The notes below the pieces were generated by a model. The model was not told the origin of the DNA and did not search any database. It worked only from the letters and a program-made list of their open reading frames with translations. A program made the position numbers and the translations under genes. This document shows, piece after piece, positions 24,981 to 37,932 of a stretch of DNA of 51,538 bases; the stretch's first letter is position 1, and each line of letters begins with the position of its first letter. Source of the stretch: Chiloscyllium plagiosum (Eukaryota); contig NC_057757.1 in assembly GCF_004010195.1 (NCBI RefSeq), positions 3,008,911 through 3,060,448 of the forward strand. Reading direction: 5' to 3'.

Positions 24981-25169
24981 GCATGTCTTCACACAATAGG
25001 CAGTGGGAGCTGGAAGTCTCCCTCAGTTGTTGAGGCTGGGCGGTCAATTGAAAATTTCCAAGCAATGATTGATGGTTCTTTGTGGGTCCAAGATTTTAAA
25101 GGCTGCAGAATTAAGGTGTGAAAATAGAGTGACGACACAGATTTATCTTTGTAAAGTTGAGATCATACA

Positions 25170-25465
25170 AAAATGTTGCTGCCCATGTCCTAACTGACTC
25201 CATTGCTCCATCACCCTGCACTTGTTGAGCTACACTGACTCCCAGTTAAGCAACACCTCAATCTCAAATTTCTGATTCACGTTTCCAAATCTTTCCATGC
25301 CCTCGCTTGTGCTTATCCCTGTAATTTGCTCCTTCTGACATCTCTGCATACATCAAAATCTAGCTGATTGAACATATCCCCAGTTTTAATTGTTCCGCAA
25401 TGCCTTTAGCTGCCTGGCTCTCAATCTCTCGAATACCCTCGTTAAACCTCACTGCCTCTTTCTCT
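25170..25465 (+). mobile_element. L2 LINE ORF2 C-terminal remnant
   Basis: ITLHLLS/ELH*LPVKQHLNLKFLIHVSKSFHALACAY resembles the L2 motif LHWLPV..R..FKIL..VFK.LHGLAP.YL. Confidence 0.75.
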
Positions 25466-25468
25466 TTC

Positions 25469-25845
25469 AGAATCCCTATAAAACAGGCCATTTGCCCAAC
25501 AAATTCACACCGAACCTCTGAAGAGTAACCCACTCAAACCCATTCCCCTACCCTATAACTCTACGTTTGCCGCAACTCAGACCCATTCCCCTATCCTATT
25601 ACTCTACATTTGCCCCAACTAATACACCCTAATCTGCACATTCCTGGACATTATGGGCAAATTAGCATGGCAAATTCACCCGAACCTGGGCATCTTTGAA
25701 TTGTGGGAGGATACCGGAACACCTGGAGGAAACCCACGCAGACACAGGGAGAATGTGCAAGTTCCACTCAGGTAGTTGCCTGAGGCTGGAATTGAACCTG
25801 GGTCTGTGGCGCTGTGACGCAGAAGCATTAACCACCCGGCCGCCC
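25469..25845 (-). mobile_element. HE1-like SINE with internal ~45-bp tandem duplication
   Basis: Reverse complement of the SINE consensus; duplicated ACCCATTCCCCTA...CTCTAC.TTTGCC at ~25535 and ~25580. Confidence 0.9.
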
Positions 25846-26229
25846 TGCTGCCTGTCCCTGGCATCTCCACATGTGACTCAGAATGGTTGTCCCTTGGCTG
25901 TCACATCTTAGATTGTTCTAAAGCTTTGAAGGTGCTCTCTCAATGTCTCTTGTTGCTTTTGGGCATAATCAGCCATTGATCTGGCTGTCCTCATGAAATA
26001 AGTAAGTTCTCTGGTAATGCCAACATGCTGAAGGATTCACTCACTGGAATAACCATTCACCAAGAATGCTACTTATATAATGGGACACACTTTCGTTTTA
26101 CACACTTCCTTGCTATGCCACACTCAAAATCATACTTGCAGCATTTGCCTGTGGAGTCATAGAGTATGTTATTAGTTTACTGCCCATTAATTACATTGTT
26201 CTGCACTGTGATGGCTGCCTCTCCTGGCG

Positions 26230-26560
26230 TTTATCTTCTGAAAGTTCCGATTGAATGCATTTCCTTTGCCCTTCTGCTTAGCGTATTCCAGATCTCAACG
26301 GTTTCTCACAGTTAAAAAAAAACCAGCTCTTTATCTTCTTCTGGCACCTATCTGAGCCCTGAGGTTACTGCACAGAAGCAAAGATTTCTCCCCAACTGCT
26401 GAATAAAAATGCCTAAGGTAGTTCTGAATGTCTCAAACCAATTTCCCCTTAGCTTTCTGCATTCCAAGGAGATGAATCTCAGCTTCTCCTCGTGATTTAG
26501 GTTCGTCATCCTTGGTACTCCGTCGCATCCCCTCCAAAGCTGTAGCACCTTTCTTAAAGT
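26230..26560 (-). mobile_element. Old CR1 fragment
   Basis: Minus-strand EEKLRFISLECRKLRGN. Confidence 0.65.
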
Positions 26561-27119
26561 CAGTACAACCCAACACTCAGTCCCACTCCAGAAGTTTAGG
26601 CCACATTCGCTTTAGATCGAGCTAGAGTCAGCAAACAAAGTGCAAAAATACTCAAGATCATGTTTTCTCTAAATTCAGCAAATGTTTATTACCTTTCCCA
26701 GCAGGAGAGGCCGTGAAGCAAACAGATCTGTGTTAGTATGGTCGGCAGCAATTCAAGACGGAGCTTCACATTTTCCCCGCAATGAGTTCAGGAGCTGACA
26801 CATTGAGGATGACAGGGGTTGGAGACTGATGTGGAGTGCTCCCTTTGCGCTGCACTAACAAGTATCAGCCTGGTGTCTGTGTCTGACTCTCTGGAGTTGG
26901 AGCTGAGCCTTTTCCCCGTCAGACTCAGAGCCAAGAACATGGAGCTGATTGAGGTTGTTCTGGACCAGAGACCTGCCTTGTACCACTATGATTAATGAGC
27001 TTCTTGTGGGTGACAAGGTTGGAGGGTGGCACTTTCAAGCTGTGAGATGATGGGAAACAGTCCGATGATTACGTTCCATCGCCAAAATGATCCGGATGGA
27101 GTTTACACCTTTCTGAGTG

Positions 27120-28860
27120 TTGAGAGAGGTGATGGATGTCTTAAAATGCATAAAGGTGGTTAAGTGCCCTAGAATTCTGTGGGAAGCTCAGGAAGCGATT
27201 GCTGGACCCCTTGCTGAGATATTTACATCATTGATAGCTACAAGTGATTTGCCGAAAGACTGGAAGTTGGCTAACATGGTGCCACTGTTTAGGAAAGGTG
27301 GTAAGGAAAAGCAGGGAACTATAGACCTGACATCAGTGGTGGGCAAGTTGTTGGAGAGAATCCTGAGAGATAGGATTTATATATATTTGGAAGGGCAAGG
27401 ACTGATTAGGGATAGTTAACATAGCTTTGTGCATGGGAACTCGGTAACTTGATTGAGATTTTTGAAGAAGTAACAAAGAGGATTGATAAGGGCAGAATGG
27501 TGGACATGATCTATATAGACTTCAGAAAGACAATGTTCCCCATAGGAGACTGGTTAGCATGGTTAGATCTCATGAAACACAGGGAGAACAGCCATTTGCT
27601 TACAGAACTGGCTCGAAGCTAGGAGACAGAGGGTGGTGGGGGAGGATTGTTTTTCAGACTGGAGGCCTGTGCCACAAGGATCGGTGTTGGGTCCACTGCT
27701 TTTCATCATTTATATAAATGATTTGGATGTGAACATAGAAGATATAGTCAGTAGTTTGCAGATGACACCAAAATTGATGGTGTAGTGGACAGCGAAGAAG
27801 GTTACCTCAAGATCGCGTTTTAATCTGATCAGATGGCCAATAGGCTGAGGAGTGACAGATCGAGTTTAATTTAGATAAATGTGAGGTGCTGCATTTTGGA
27901 AAGGCAAATCAGGGCAGGATTTATACACTTAATGGTAATGTCCTGGAGAGTATTGCTCAACAAAGAGACCTTGTCGTGCAGGTTCATAATTCATTCAAAG
28001 TGGAGTCGCAGGTAGACAGGGCAGTGAATAAGATGTTTGGTATATTTGCCTTCATTAGTCAGTACACTGAGTACAGGAGTTGGGAGGCCATGTTGCAGCT
28101 GTACAGGACTATTGGAATATTGTGTGCAATTCTGGTCTCCCTGCTATAGGAAAGATGTTGTGAAACTTGAAAGGGCTCAGAAAAGATTTACAAGGATGTT
28201 GCCGGGGTTGGAGAGTTTCAGCTATGGGGAGAGGCTGAATAGGCTGGGGCTATTTTCCTTGGAGTGTCGGAGGCTGAGGGGTGACCTTATAGAGGTTTAT
28301 AAAGGTTTATAAAATCATGAGGCGCATGGATAGGGTAAATAGACAACGTCTTTTCCCTGGGGTGGGGAGTCCAGAACTGGAGNNNNNNNNNNNNNNNNNN
28401 NNNNNNNNNNNNNNNNNNNNNNNNNNNNNNNNNNNNNNNNNNNNNNNNNNNNNNNNNNNNNNNNNNNNNNNNNNNNNNNNNNNNNNNNNNNNNNNNNNNN
28501 NNNNNNNNNNNNNNNNNNNNNNNNNNNNNNNNNNNNNNNNNNNNNNNNNNNNNNNNNNNNNNNNNNNNNNNNNNNNNNNNNNNNNNNNNNTGAGAGGGGA
28601 AAGATATAAAAGGGATCGAAGGGGCAACGTTTTCACACAGAGGGTGGTGTGTGTATGGAATGAGCTGCCAGAGGAAGTGGTTGAGGCTGGTACAATGACA
28701 ACATTTAAAAGGCATCTGGATGGGTACATGAATAGGAAGGATTTAGAGGGATATGGCCGAATGCTGGCAAATGGGACTAGATTAGGTTGGGATATCTGGT
28801 CAGCATGGACGAGTTGGACCAAAGGGTCTGTTTCTGTGCTGTACAGCTCTATGACTCTAT
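27120..28860 (+). mobile_element. CR1 LINE ORF2 (RT) to 3' end, decayed; N-gap 28383-28590
   Basis: PKDWKLANMVPLFRKG, PQGSVLGPLLF, FADDTKI, LGLFSLECRRLRGDLIEVYK, CTATGACTCTAT tail. Confidence 0.95.
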
Positions 28861-28865
28861 TTTTC

Positions 28866-29589
28866 TACTTTATATACTTGTGTAAAATCTGAATTTTTTA
28901 GACTTTTTTTAAGCTTAAATAAGGCAGTTGACTATGACATGAGTATTGTTTTTGAGGGAATTAAATTCATGCTTGGTATGAGTCAAAAAATGGACAAACA
29001 AGAGCCAGACCGCTATATAAAATAATAATCAACAAAAGGAAAAAGAATTATGGCCATTTTTGACTATTTACCTGCAAAATAACTGTCTCCATTCTGCATG
29101 TTACGCTAGAATGGTACGGCCGTACTGCATTCCAGTTACCAGTAAAGTGCATGTAGGTCTACACATATGTACAAATGTTAATGGGCATACCAGCAGGTGG
29201 TCAGGACAGCACATAAATTAGTGCCATAATTTACCAGTAGCCTACTGGTGTTTGGGAGCACAATCATCAAACGTTTACCATTTACCGTGGCTTGCTTCAT
29301 CATATTAAAACTCTTACCGTATACGCAGCTTAGTTCTGTAGTTTATTGGTAAATACCAGCTCTTCAAGTTTTCTTATAATGGTAATAAAATTTTGAGATA
29401 ACTGTACGGTATGTTCTGGTACTATCCAAGTACCTTGCCCTTTAAGGCTGCATATATAGTCAGGAAGAGAGCGCCGAAAAACTCGGGTCGACTTTTACAA
29501 GAAGTATATGAAAAATTCGTTATTTTTTGGGCCACAAGCAGAGGGTCAGCTTTTACTTGAGATTAACTTTTACACGAGTATATTTGGTA
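28866..29589. mobile_element. Non-autonomous Tc2/pogo-like DNA transposon (~724 bp)
   Basis: Imperfect TIRs TACTTTATATACTTGTGTAAAA and (reverse complement) TACCAAATATACTCGTGTAAAA; TA termini; subterminal GGGTCGACTTTTAC-like repeats; AT-rich with no ORF. Confidence 0.7.
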
Positions 29590-30529
29590 ATAGTTTTTCC
29601 CTACAAACTTGTACTGAAGAATCTGTACCTAGGTATCTTGTCCACTAGATGGTGCACCTAAGTGGTGACTTACAAACCTTTCACTGTACGCATTTGAGTA
29701 TGTATACCAGTAAAGCTAACTCAAATCAAGCAGTTAATGATGGGGATGATGGGGGTCTGTGCTTGGGCATTGTGGATGGTTTCACCCAGTGTGTCGGTAT
29801 TAGTGATTGTGATTAACGGTGCAAACACTCAATAATAAATTCTCTAAATTAAATGCACACGTCAGCTGCCTGTGGATGAAAAACAGGATTATGTTGGTAT
29901 TGTCTGCAGAGAATCGAGAGGGAGATTCACATTTCCCCCCCCACAATGGATTCAGAAGCTGAAACATTGAGTATGGCAAGGGTTCAGGATTGGTGTGGGG
30001 CTTTCAAACACCATCGAATTGCTGGGCAGCCTGAAAGGTCAATGAGAACCAGCGATATTTGCGAATGGAGAACATTCAACAGTTAGAGTACGGACAACAG
30101 ATTCCCTTCCCCACAGGACATTATCTCATCCGGAAAGCAGGAACCCTAACAATGAGGCTCTCCTTCAGTACTGTGACGGGAGGATACTCAAGATTTCATT
30201 TCCCTCAAGGACAGCAGTAAACCAGTTGCATGACCATCCCACAGGTTCCAATATCAGTTTATTTTAATGATGCTGAACCTACATTCATAAACAGCCACAG
30301 GCAGAGTTTAAAATTCCTGTTCTTTGGATCATTTATTCAGATGCTCCAGCGGGCAATGGGATATTTCCCGGTTAGGAGCTGCTCTGATCCCTTTGCAAGT
30401 CCAATTGTGAAGAGTACTCACTCCTGTAATGGTGGAAAACGCAGCAATCAGCTGGCACACATGATCTTTCAAGCAGCACTGACCATACATCAGTTGTGAA
30501 ATGAGATTGATTCGGGATTCAACAATGGC

Positions 30530-31030
30530 CCCAGACACTGGGGAGCACTCCTTTACAATGGCTCTGGGATCTCTCCTTTTTAACATCAGTGGCTGAACAC
30601 CCAGTTTAATATCTTCTCAAAAACATTGCAGATAACACCTCCAAACCCGTGACCTCTACTGCCTAGGGTAGCAGATACATGGGACGTCCACCCCTTGCAA
30701 GTTCCCCTCCGAGCCACTCCCCATCCGGACTTGGAAATACATTGGCTATTCCTTCCGTGTCACTGGAACTCCCTCCCCAATGGCGCTGTGTGGGTGTCTG
30801 TACACCATATGGGATTGTAGCGCAATCACCATTAGCTTCTCAAGATCAACTCAGCTGAGGCAATAAAAGCTGGTCCAGCCAATGCTGTCCCCATCCCATC
30901 AACAAATGAAATGAAACAACACCTCTGGCAGCACAGCGCTCCCTGCATATGGCTGCCTGGATATTTTGAGCAGGTTTTGAAAGGGGACTGAGTCCCATAA
31001 CTCAGAGATGGCTAGCACTACCTATTGAGT
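30530..31030 (-). mobile_element. Deu-domain SINE remnant split by a LINE tail (30640-30915); similar remnant at ~26800-26950
   Basis: GTTTAATATCTTCTCAAAA...CACCTCTGGCAGCACAGCGCTCCCT...GGGACTGAGTCCCATAACTCAGAG resembles the reverse complement of a DeuSINE 5' part. Confidence 0.5.
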
Positions 31031-31109
31031 TGAGGGTGGGCATCAATGCCCAAGAATGATGATGGAACAGGGCTTGAAAATGGGCAACTCGATATCCTGC
31101 CCTGCCAGC

Positions 31110-31790
31110 ACCAATTATTGTGAAATTTTGTGTTCAGTTTTGTCTCCTTATTTGAGGAAGGGTGACCTGGCTTTAGAAAGAAAGATTTATCAGACTGATT
31201 CCTGGGATGACAGGTCTGATTTATGAGGAGAGATTGAGTCGGTTAGGATTAGGGTTTAGAAGAATGAGGGGGTTCTAACTGATAACATTCTAAGAATTAG
31301 CTGCAGGAAGAGTGTTCCTGATAGTGGGAGAGTCCAAAACCAGGGTCACTGTTGAAGGATAAAGGGTAATCCTTTCAGGACAGAGATGAGGAGAAATGAC
31401 TTCACTTATAGAGGGGGGAGCCTGTGGAATTCACGATCACAGAAAGCAGTTGAAGCCAAAACATTGAGAGTTTTCAAGAAGAAGTTAGATAAAGCCCCAG
31501 TTCTGAGTAAGGGTCACAGTACCCCAAAGGTTAACTGTGCTTTCTCTCTAGGGGCACTGCCGAATTTCTCCAGCAATTCCTGTTTTCGTTTCAGTTTGTC
31601 ACCATCCAGAGTTCTTTCTTTTGGTTAGTAGATAAAAATCTTGTGGCGAAAGGGATGGAGGGATATGAGAGGAAGGCGGGATTGGGACATAAAGCTTGAT
31701 GATCAGCCATGATCATATTGAATCGTGGAGTAGGCTCAAGGGGTTGAATCGCCTACACCTGCTCTTAGCTTGTATGTTTCAATGATTCTA
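31110..31790 (+). mobile_element. CR1 3' portion with PLE-like insert at ~31497-31625
   Basis: MRRNDFTYRGGSLWNSRSQKAVEAKTLRVFKKKLD; insert begins CTGAGTAAGGGTCAC...CCCAAAGGTTAAC, flanked by TAGATAAA on both sides. Confidence 0.85.
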
Positions 31791-32344
31791 TTCTATCCCT
31801 TTGGCTATTACAAAGATTGGGACTCAGAGTGGTATTAGTTCCAATGTACCAGCCAGATTGTTGAACTGATTTAGCAGGAGGTGGCGGAATCTTAGACTGA
31901 GGTGCTGGTTTGCCATGTCCAAGGTTAATCTGAACCTAAACCCGTCCCTCTTTTGGCATCTTCCACCATGTTACCTACTTGTGGTGACTGATTCGGTGAT
32001 CGAAGCACCCAGATATTCAAGCCAATACACTCTCCAAATTAAACTGAAGATATCTCTTACCTTTAAATTGACGAGGGGCTGTGAAAGAAAACAGAATTGT
32101 GTTCATGTTGTCCGCAGAGAGTTAACCGCACAGACGAAAGATGGCAAGTTTCTTTAAGATTTGGATTTCTGTCCCCCACTTCTCGGTTGGAACCTCGGCA
32201 AAACCATGCAAAGACCTCTGGAAAGTTGAGGCAAACAGTTTGTCACTGTGCCCCATTTCCAACTGCTGCACTTTGGGGATGAGGAGTAGTGACAGAGCCA
32301 GGCTGGACACTCCCAGCATTTGGCACCCTCCTTGAAGTGACAAA

Positions 32345-32923
32345 GCTCTGTCCAGAGGCTATGAGCATGGTCTACACTGGATACTCAGAGCTTCGTCCAG
32401 AGGCTGTGAGCTATGTCCATGGTCTACACTGGACACTCGGAGCTCCGTCCAGAGGCTGTGAGCTCTGTCAATGATTTACACTGGACACTCGGAGCTCCGT
32501 CCAGAGGCTGTGAGCTCTGTCGATGGTCCACACTGGACACTCGGAGTTTCGTCCAGAGGCTGTGAGCTCTGTCGATGGTCTACACTGGACACTCGGAGCT
32601 CCGTCCAGAGACTGTGAGCTCTGTCCATGGTCTACACTGGACACTCGGAGTTCCGTCCAGAGACTGTGAGCTTTGTCCATGGTCTACACTGGACACTCGG
32701 AGCTCCGTCCAGAGGCTGTGAGCTCTTTCAATGATTTACACTGGACACTCGGAGCACCGTCCAGAGACTGTGAGCTCTGTCCATGGTCTACACTGGACAC
32801 TCGGAGCTCCGTCCAGAGACTGTGAGCTCTGTCCATGGTCTTCACTGGACACTCGGAGCTCCATCCAGAGGCTGTGAGCTCTGTCCATGGTCTACACTGG
32901 ACACTCGGAGCTCTGTCCAGAGG
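32345..32923. repeat. 52-bp minisatellite, ~11 copies
   Basis: Unit GTCCAGAGGCTGTGAGCTCTGTCCATGGTCTACACTGGACACTCGGAGCTCC; starts at 32395, 32447, 32499...32915. Confidence 0.97.
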
Positions 32924-32949
32924 TTGCGAGAGCAGGAATGACATTAAAA

Positions 32950-33700
32950 AGCTGATTTCCATCAGGGGATGAGTGGGACAACACACTGCTCTATATATGC
33001 CATGACCACTGTCATCAGGCTGACCAGAAAGAACAGTCAGAGATGCTTCATGGTTCTGGTGAGTCGGGTGTCTCACGTTGAGTTGTTTGCCTGTAGATGT
33101 GGTGGTTTGTGTGCAACGATTTATATACAGTTTCTGACCTGCTTCCTGGACCTTGCTGAGCAGCATCTGGCGCTGTTTCTCACTGGTGGATTTTTTTCTC
33201 ACCGTGTTTGTCTGGAAACATTACAAAGGGTCCAACAGCAATCAATGAAACATCAGATGGAGATGAGTAGATAAGGCACTGACTACAGTCCTGCGAATGT
33301 TTCCAGGCCAGAATCACTTCCAGACCCCCCTGGCCACCTCCTGTCCCATCTCCCAATCACCTTTCAGAGTCCAGGATGTACTGAAACATGATCTCCACCT
33401 CCTGGTTTTGTTGTTGGGCGAGGAGGTGTTCACCAATCATGGCCATCGATGAATCTCCCACTGAGCCAGACACTGAGACCCTCAGTGGTGGAGAGTGTTG
33501 GGAACCAGACTTACCTGTTCCTCTCCAACTCCCCACACATTCCCCCTTTCCCACCTTGCCAGCTGGCACTGCCAATGGGTCACATTGCAGGATGTACCTT
33601 GGCAAAGATGGGATAAAGGAGCTGATTGAGTGCCACAACCTCGTTATCATTCATTGATATCTCACAGATTATCAGAGAACAGCTTCTCTCTTTTGACTGC
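32950..33700 (-). mobile_element. Probable ancient L2-type ORF2 remnant (APE C-terminus and linker)
   Basis: 33422-33510 is duplicated at 35708-35800; weak resemblance to APE motifs (AMIGEHLL ~ AISDHFL); similarity to 39400-39460. Confidence 0.35.
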
Positions 33701-33754
33701 ATCTGTAAGCCATTTACCCTGAATGTTACAATGACTCTCAGGAACATTGTTAAA

Positions 33755-33985
33755 GTGACTGACTGACTCCCATGTTCACTTACAAATCCATTCACTGTTT
33801 AACTCATGCATTAACTCACTAGTTAACTAATTACCTAATTCACTCACCCACTCACTACCTAACATTCCTCATCCACTCATCCATCTACCAACTATCTCAC
33901 TCACTCAGAATCTCACTCACTTGTACACTCACTGACTAACTACCTCATTCACTCACTCTCACTCACTCATTAATCATCTCACTCT
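33755..33985. repeat. Degenerate (CACT)n low-complexity tract
   Basis: Repeated ACTCACT/CACTCA. Confidence 0.8.
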
Positions 33986-34244
33986 GGTCGAATTTTATAG
34001 GTTTCCCTGAGATCCCCCCCCCCCCCTCATTCTGCCAAACTCCAGTCAGTACAATCTTAGCTGACTCAATCTCTCCTCATACATCAGTTGAAGGTGGTAT
34101 ACATGTCCTCTTTGCCCGTGCACCCTGCAATGTGAGTTAACATTTAAAGCTGCCAGCGAATGCAGCTCCTGTGGCATTGGCACATGCTGGAAACCACCCA
34201 CCCTGGCAGGAGGAGTGCTCGTAATGTCAACTCAAACAGACTGT

Positions 34245-34990
34245 AAGAAACAGGAAAAGGAGAAGGCCATTCAGCCCCTCGAGCCTGTTCCCTCATTCAA
34301 TAGGATAATGGCTGATCCGATGTTCCTCGTGTCCACTTTTCTGCCCTTTCCCCATAACCCTCGATTCCCTGACTGATCAAGAATCTATCTCAGCCTTAAA
34401 TGTAGTCAAGGACTCTGCCCCCACAGCCCTCTGTGGCAAGCAGTTCCAAAGACTCACAACCCTCTCAGAGAGGAAATTCCTCTTCATCTCAGTCTGAAAT
34501 CGCACTCTCTCCTTTATTCTGAGACTGTGCCCTCTGCTCCTGGGCTCCCCCATGAGGGGGAAGCATCCTTTTCATATTGCCCCTATCATGGCCCTGAAGA
34601 TTCCGATTATGTTCCAATGCAATTACCCTCTCATTCTCCTCAACCCCAGTGAATAGCTTCCCAACCTGTTTAGCATTTGCTCATAAGATGCTCCCTCCAT
34701 CCCGGGGATCATCCTAGTGAACCTTCTCTCTGAACTGCCTACAATGAAATGGTATCTTTATTAAGTAAGGGGGGGGGCACAACTGCTCACAGTGCTCCAC
34801 ATACTATCTCACCAGCACCTTGCAGTAAGACTTCCCTACTCTTATACTCGAACCCCCTTTGAAATAAGGGCCGACATTCCATGACCCTTCCTGACTCCCT
34901 GCTGCCCCTGAGTGCTAGCTTTCTGTGTTTTATGCACAGGACTCCCCCCACTCCAACCAAAGCCCCTTTGCGGTCGCGGCTTTCTGCAGG
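34245..34990 (-). mobile_element. CR1 3' portion
   Basis: Reverse-complemented CR1 3' UTR GGCCATTCAGCCCCTCGAGCCTG; minus-strand RGFEYKSREVLLQ. Confidence 0.9.
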
Positions 34991-35257
34991 TTCTTCCCAT
35001 TGGAATAATGATTTGTTCTTTGGCCCTCCTTTACAAAATGAACAGCTTGATGTTTTCCCCCTCCATCTCACCTCACCCGATAGAGGTTGGGACTCCTGCT
35101 AGATTCCACCTATGTTTCCACTGACAGGACTGTGCATGACTTCAGTATGATGGGTCAAGCCAATATCATGGAGGGATTTCAACCCTTTCAGAAACATTTC
35201 CTTCACCAAACCAGAGATGTACAAAACTGAGATCCCCACACATCCAGGGATTTGTCC

Positions 35258-35700
35258 TAGAACATAGAACACAGGACATTGCAGCACAGGAACAGGCCCT
35301 TCAGCCCACCATGTCCGTGTCCACCATGATGCCATCCTCAACTCCCACCAGCTGCCAGCACATGTTCCGTATGCCTCTGTTCCCGGCCTGTTTATGCCTC
35401 TGTCGAAATCCCTCTCAAACGTTGCTATTATATCTGCTTCTTCCACCTCCCCTGGCAGCTCATTCCAGGCACCTACTGCCCTCTGTGTAAAAAAAAACAG
35501 CCTGGCACATCTCCCTTAAACTTTCCCCCTCTGAACTTCAACCTGTGCCCCCTAGTATTTGACATTTCCACTCTGAGGAAAGAGACACTGACCATCCAAC
35601 CTATCCATGCCCCTCATAATTGTATAGACTTCTATCAGGTCACCCCTTGGCCTCCAACACTCCAGTGAAAACAATCCAGGTTTGCCCAACCTCTCCTGAT
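35258..35700 (-). mobile_element. CR1 3' end
   Basis: TAGAACATAGAAC tail; minus-strand ERLGKPGLFSLECWRPRGDLIEVY. Confidence 0.9.
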
Positions 35701-36744
35701 TGGTCCAGAGGTGTTCACCAATCATGGCCATTGATGAGTCTCCCACTGAGCCAGACATGGGGTGAGGGAAACCTCAGCGGTGGAGAGTGTTGGGAACCAG
35801 ATGCTCATACTTACGGGTGTTGGCAAGGGGGGGAAAACTTACCAACATCTGACGTGGTATCCTTGAAGAAGGAGATCAAGCAGGGACAGCGTGCATTCTG
35901 GGGCTTGAAGCCAATGATGAGCTTTCAACAAAATCGCATTGAGGTCAACACACCCCAGACAAGGGGAGAGGTTGAGAAGGACAGTCCTTCAGGGTAACCT
36001 CAGCCCCATGTAGGAACTGAGGCCACATTGTTCAGTCTGCATCATTCTGCATTTACAAACCAGCCCTTCAACCAACTGAGCTAGTAGAGGAATGCAGGAG
36101 GGGAAACAAAGACAGACTGGTCGCTCCAGAAGAGTGATCTAAAGATCTTCTCCTGAAACACAAAGGGCAGTAAAAGGTGGTGTGCACCTAATTTGGGATC
36201 GTGAAAGCAGTTTGTGCCCAGGATAGAGGGATTAGTTAAAGGATTAAATGGCTGTGAGGTTTCAGTTTTTAACAAGGGCGGAGATGCTGACGAGTTGAAA
36301 GAGACGGGGGTTAAAACTGCCCTCAGAGGTTAACAAGTTTCTGTCAAAACTCTGACCAATTCCCTGACTGTGTAGACCCATCATCCTGTCTCCCTCAACC
36401 ACAGAAACAGACCCCTTGCTATCCCTCACCTCCTACATGAGTCTGGTTTCAGGGGTTAGCTCCTGGCATTGTGAAGGGTGCATAGCCTGCGATTGCTGGC
36501 TGGGAAAAGATTCCCAGGATCCTCTGCTCTGCGGCCAATGCCTTATCTTTTGGCTGACATTTCATCGCCTGTTGATTGACCCGTTGGCCAATCTGCCAGA
36601 GAAGCTGATTCATGGGCAGGGCAGTGAGGGAAAATCACTGAGAGGCATAACATACAATGCAGCCTGGAAGCCCCTGGATATGCTGCTGGTGGCAGGAATC
36701 AGAGCAGGTAGGAACAGACAGTCTGTTGTTGTACACTCTCATTT

Positions 36745-37049
36745 TTAGATTAGATTACATTACAGTGTGGAAACAGGCCCTTCGGCCCAACCAACCCGCC
36801 GAAGCGCAACCCACCCATACCCCTACATTTACCCCTTACCTAACACTACGGGCAATTTAGCATGGCCAATTCACCTGACCCTGCACATCTTTGGACTGTG
36901 GGAGGAAACCGGAGCACCCGGAGGAAACCCACGCAGACACGGGGAGAATGTGCAAACTCCACACTGTCAGTGGCCCGAGGAGGGAATTGAACCCGGGTCT
37001 ACCGGCGCTGTGAGGCAGCAGTGCTAACCACTGTGCCATCGTGCCGCCC
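36745..37049 (-). mobile_element. HE1-like V-SINE, full length
   Basis: Reverse complement GGGCGGCACGATGGCACAGTGGTTAGC...GGTTCAATTCC; TTAGATTAGATTA tail. Confidence 0.95.
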
Positions 37050-37629
37050 AATTCTTGTCATTCACAGACAACAATTCATATTTTGCAAATGGCAGTTCCT
37101 GCAACTACATCTGGCCAGAATGAGTTCAGAATGTGAATCTCCATCTGATTCCCTGCTGTGAATGCTGATGGTTTTGTTTCCACAGCAGCTCAATGTAAAG
37201 ATTTTAATCCAGGGGAATCTACAGTTGACTATTTCCAGGTGTACCTTAAGAAGCAATAAAAATGCAGGCCTTTTGATTCTTTTCAGTCATTGCAACTTGA
37301 CATTTCTGTTGCTTTTCTATGCCGGGACCTTTGAGAAACTGGCTGTGTTTGGAGAGTGTGTTGAGAGGTAATTTCAGGCGTGAGAAACAATGTAAGCCCT
37401 CTGTGTGAGACAGCCTACAAAACCACAACTGCTCCATCCCAATACTGATGCCTTCCAAAATTGAGAAAGGTGTAAATTTCCTCTGGCTGATATTAGTGAT
37501 CACCCCACACCAAGTTACAACCACACAGGTCGATGCGTCATCTCCTTGACGTATGTGAGACCATGTTGTTACCATTTAAATTGTTCGACAGTTTAACAGT
37601 TGCCTCATCAAAATAACGATCACTCTTAA

Positions 37630-37932
37630 GGGGACGCTGTAGGAGGACCTTTACTCTGTATCTGACAGTGTACTGTCCCTGTCCTGGGTGTGTTTGATGG
37701 GAGACAGTGCAGAGGAGCTTTACACTGTATCTAACACTGTGCTGTCCCTGTCCAGGGTTTGATTGATGGGAGACAGTATAGAGGCAGCTTTACTCTATCT
37801 AACCCCATGCTGTCCCTGTCCTAGGAGAGTTTGATGGGGAACGCTATAGGGGGAACTTTACTTCCAGTCTAATCTTGTGCTGTCATATCGTGGGAGGTTT
37901 TGATGGTGGCAGTGTAGAGGAGGCTTTACTAT
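37630..37932. repeat. ~68-bp tandem repeat (4-5 diverged copies); single copy at ~13195-13270
   Basis: GAGCTTTACTCTGTATCTAAC...TGCTGTCCCTGTCC...TTTGATGGG recurring about every 68 nt. Confidence 0.85.

Noticed and set aside
32345..32923. CRISPR-like regular repeat
   Set aside because: No unique spacers and no cas genes; eukaryotic context; plain tandem repeat.
33140..33702. Exon-like minus-strand segments (TNTVRKKSTSEKQRQMLL; MQSKERSCSLIICEIS) and a similar one at 35843-35921
   Set aside because: No recognisable protein and the phases do not chain convincingly. Part of the region is duplicated elsewhere and resembles decayed LINE ORF2. Not fully excluded without RNA-seq.
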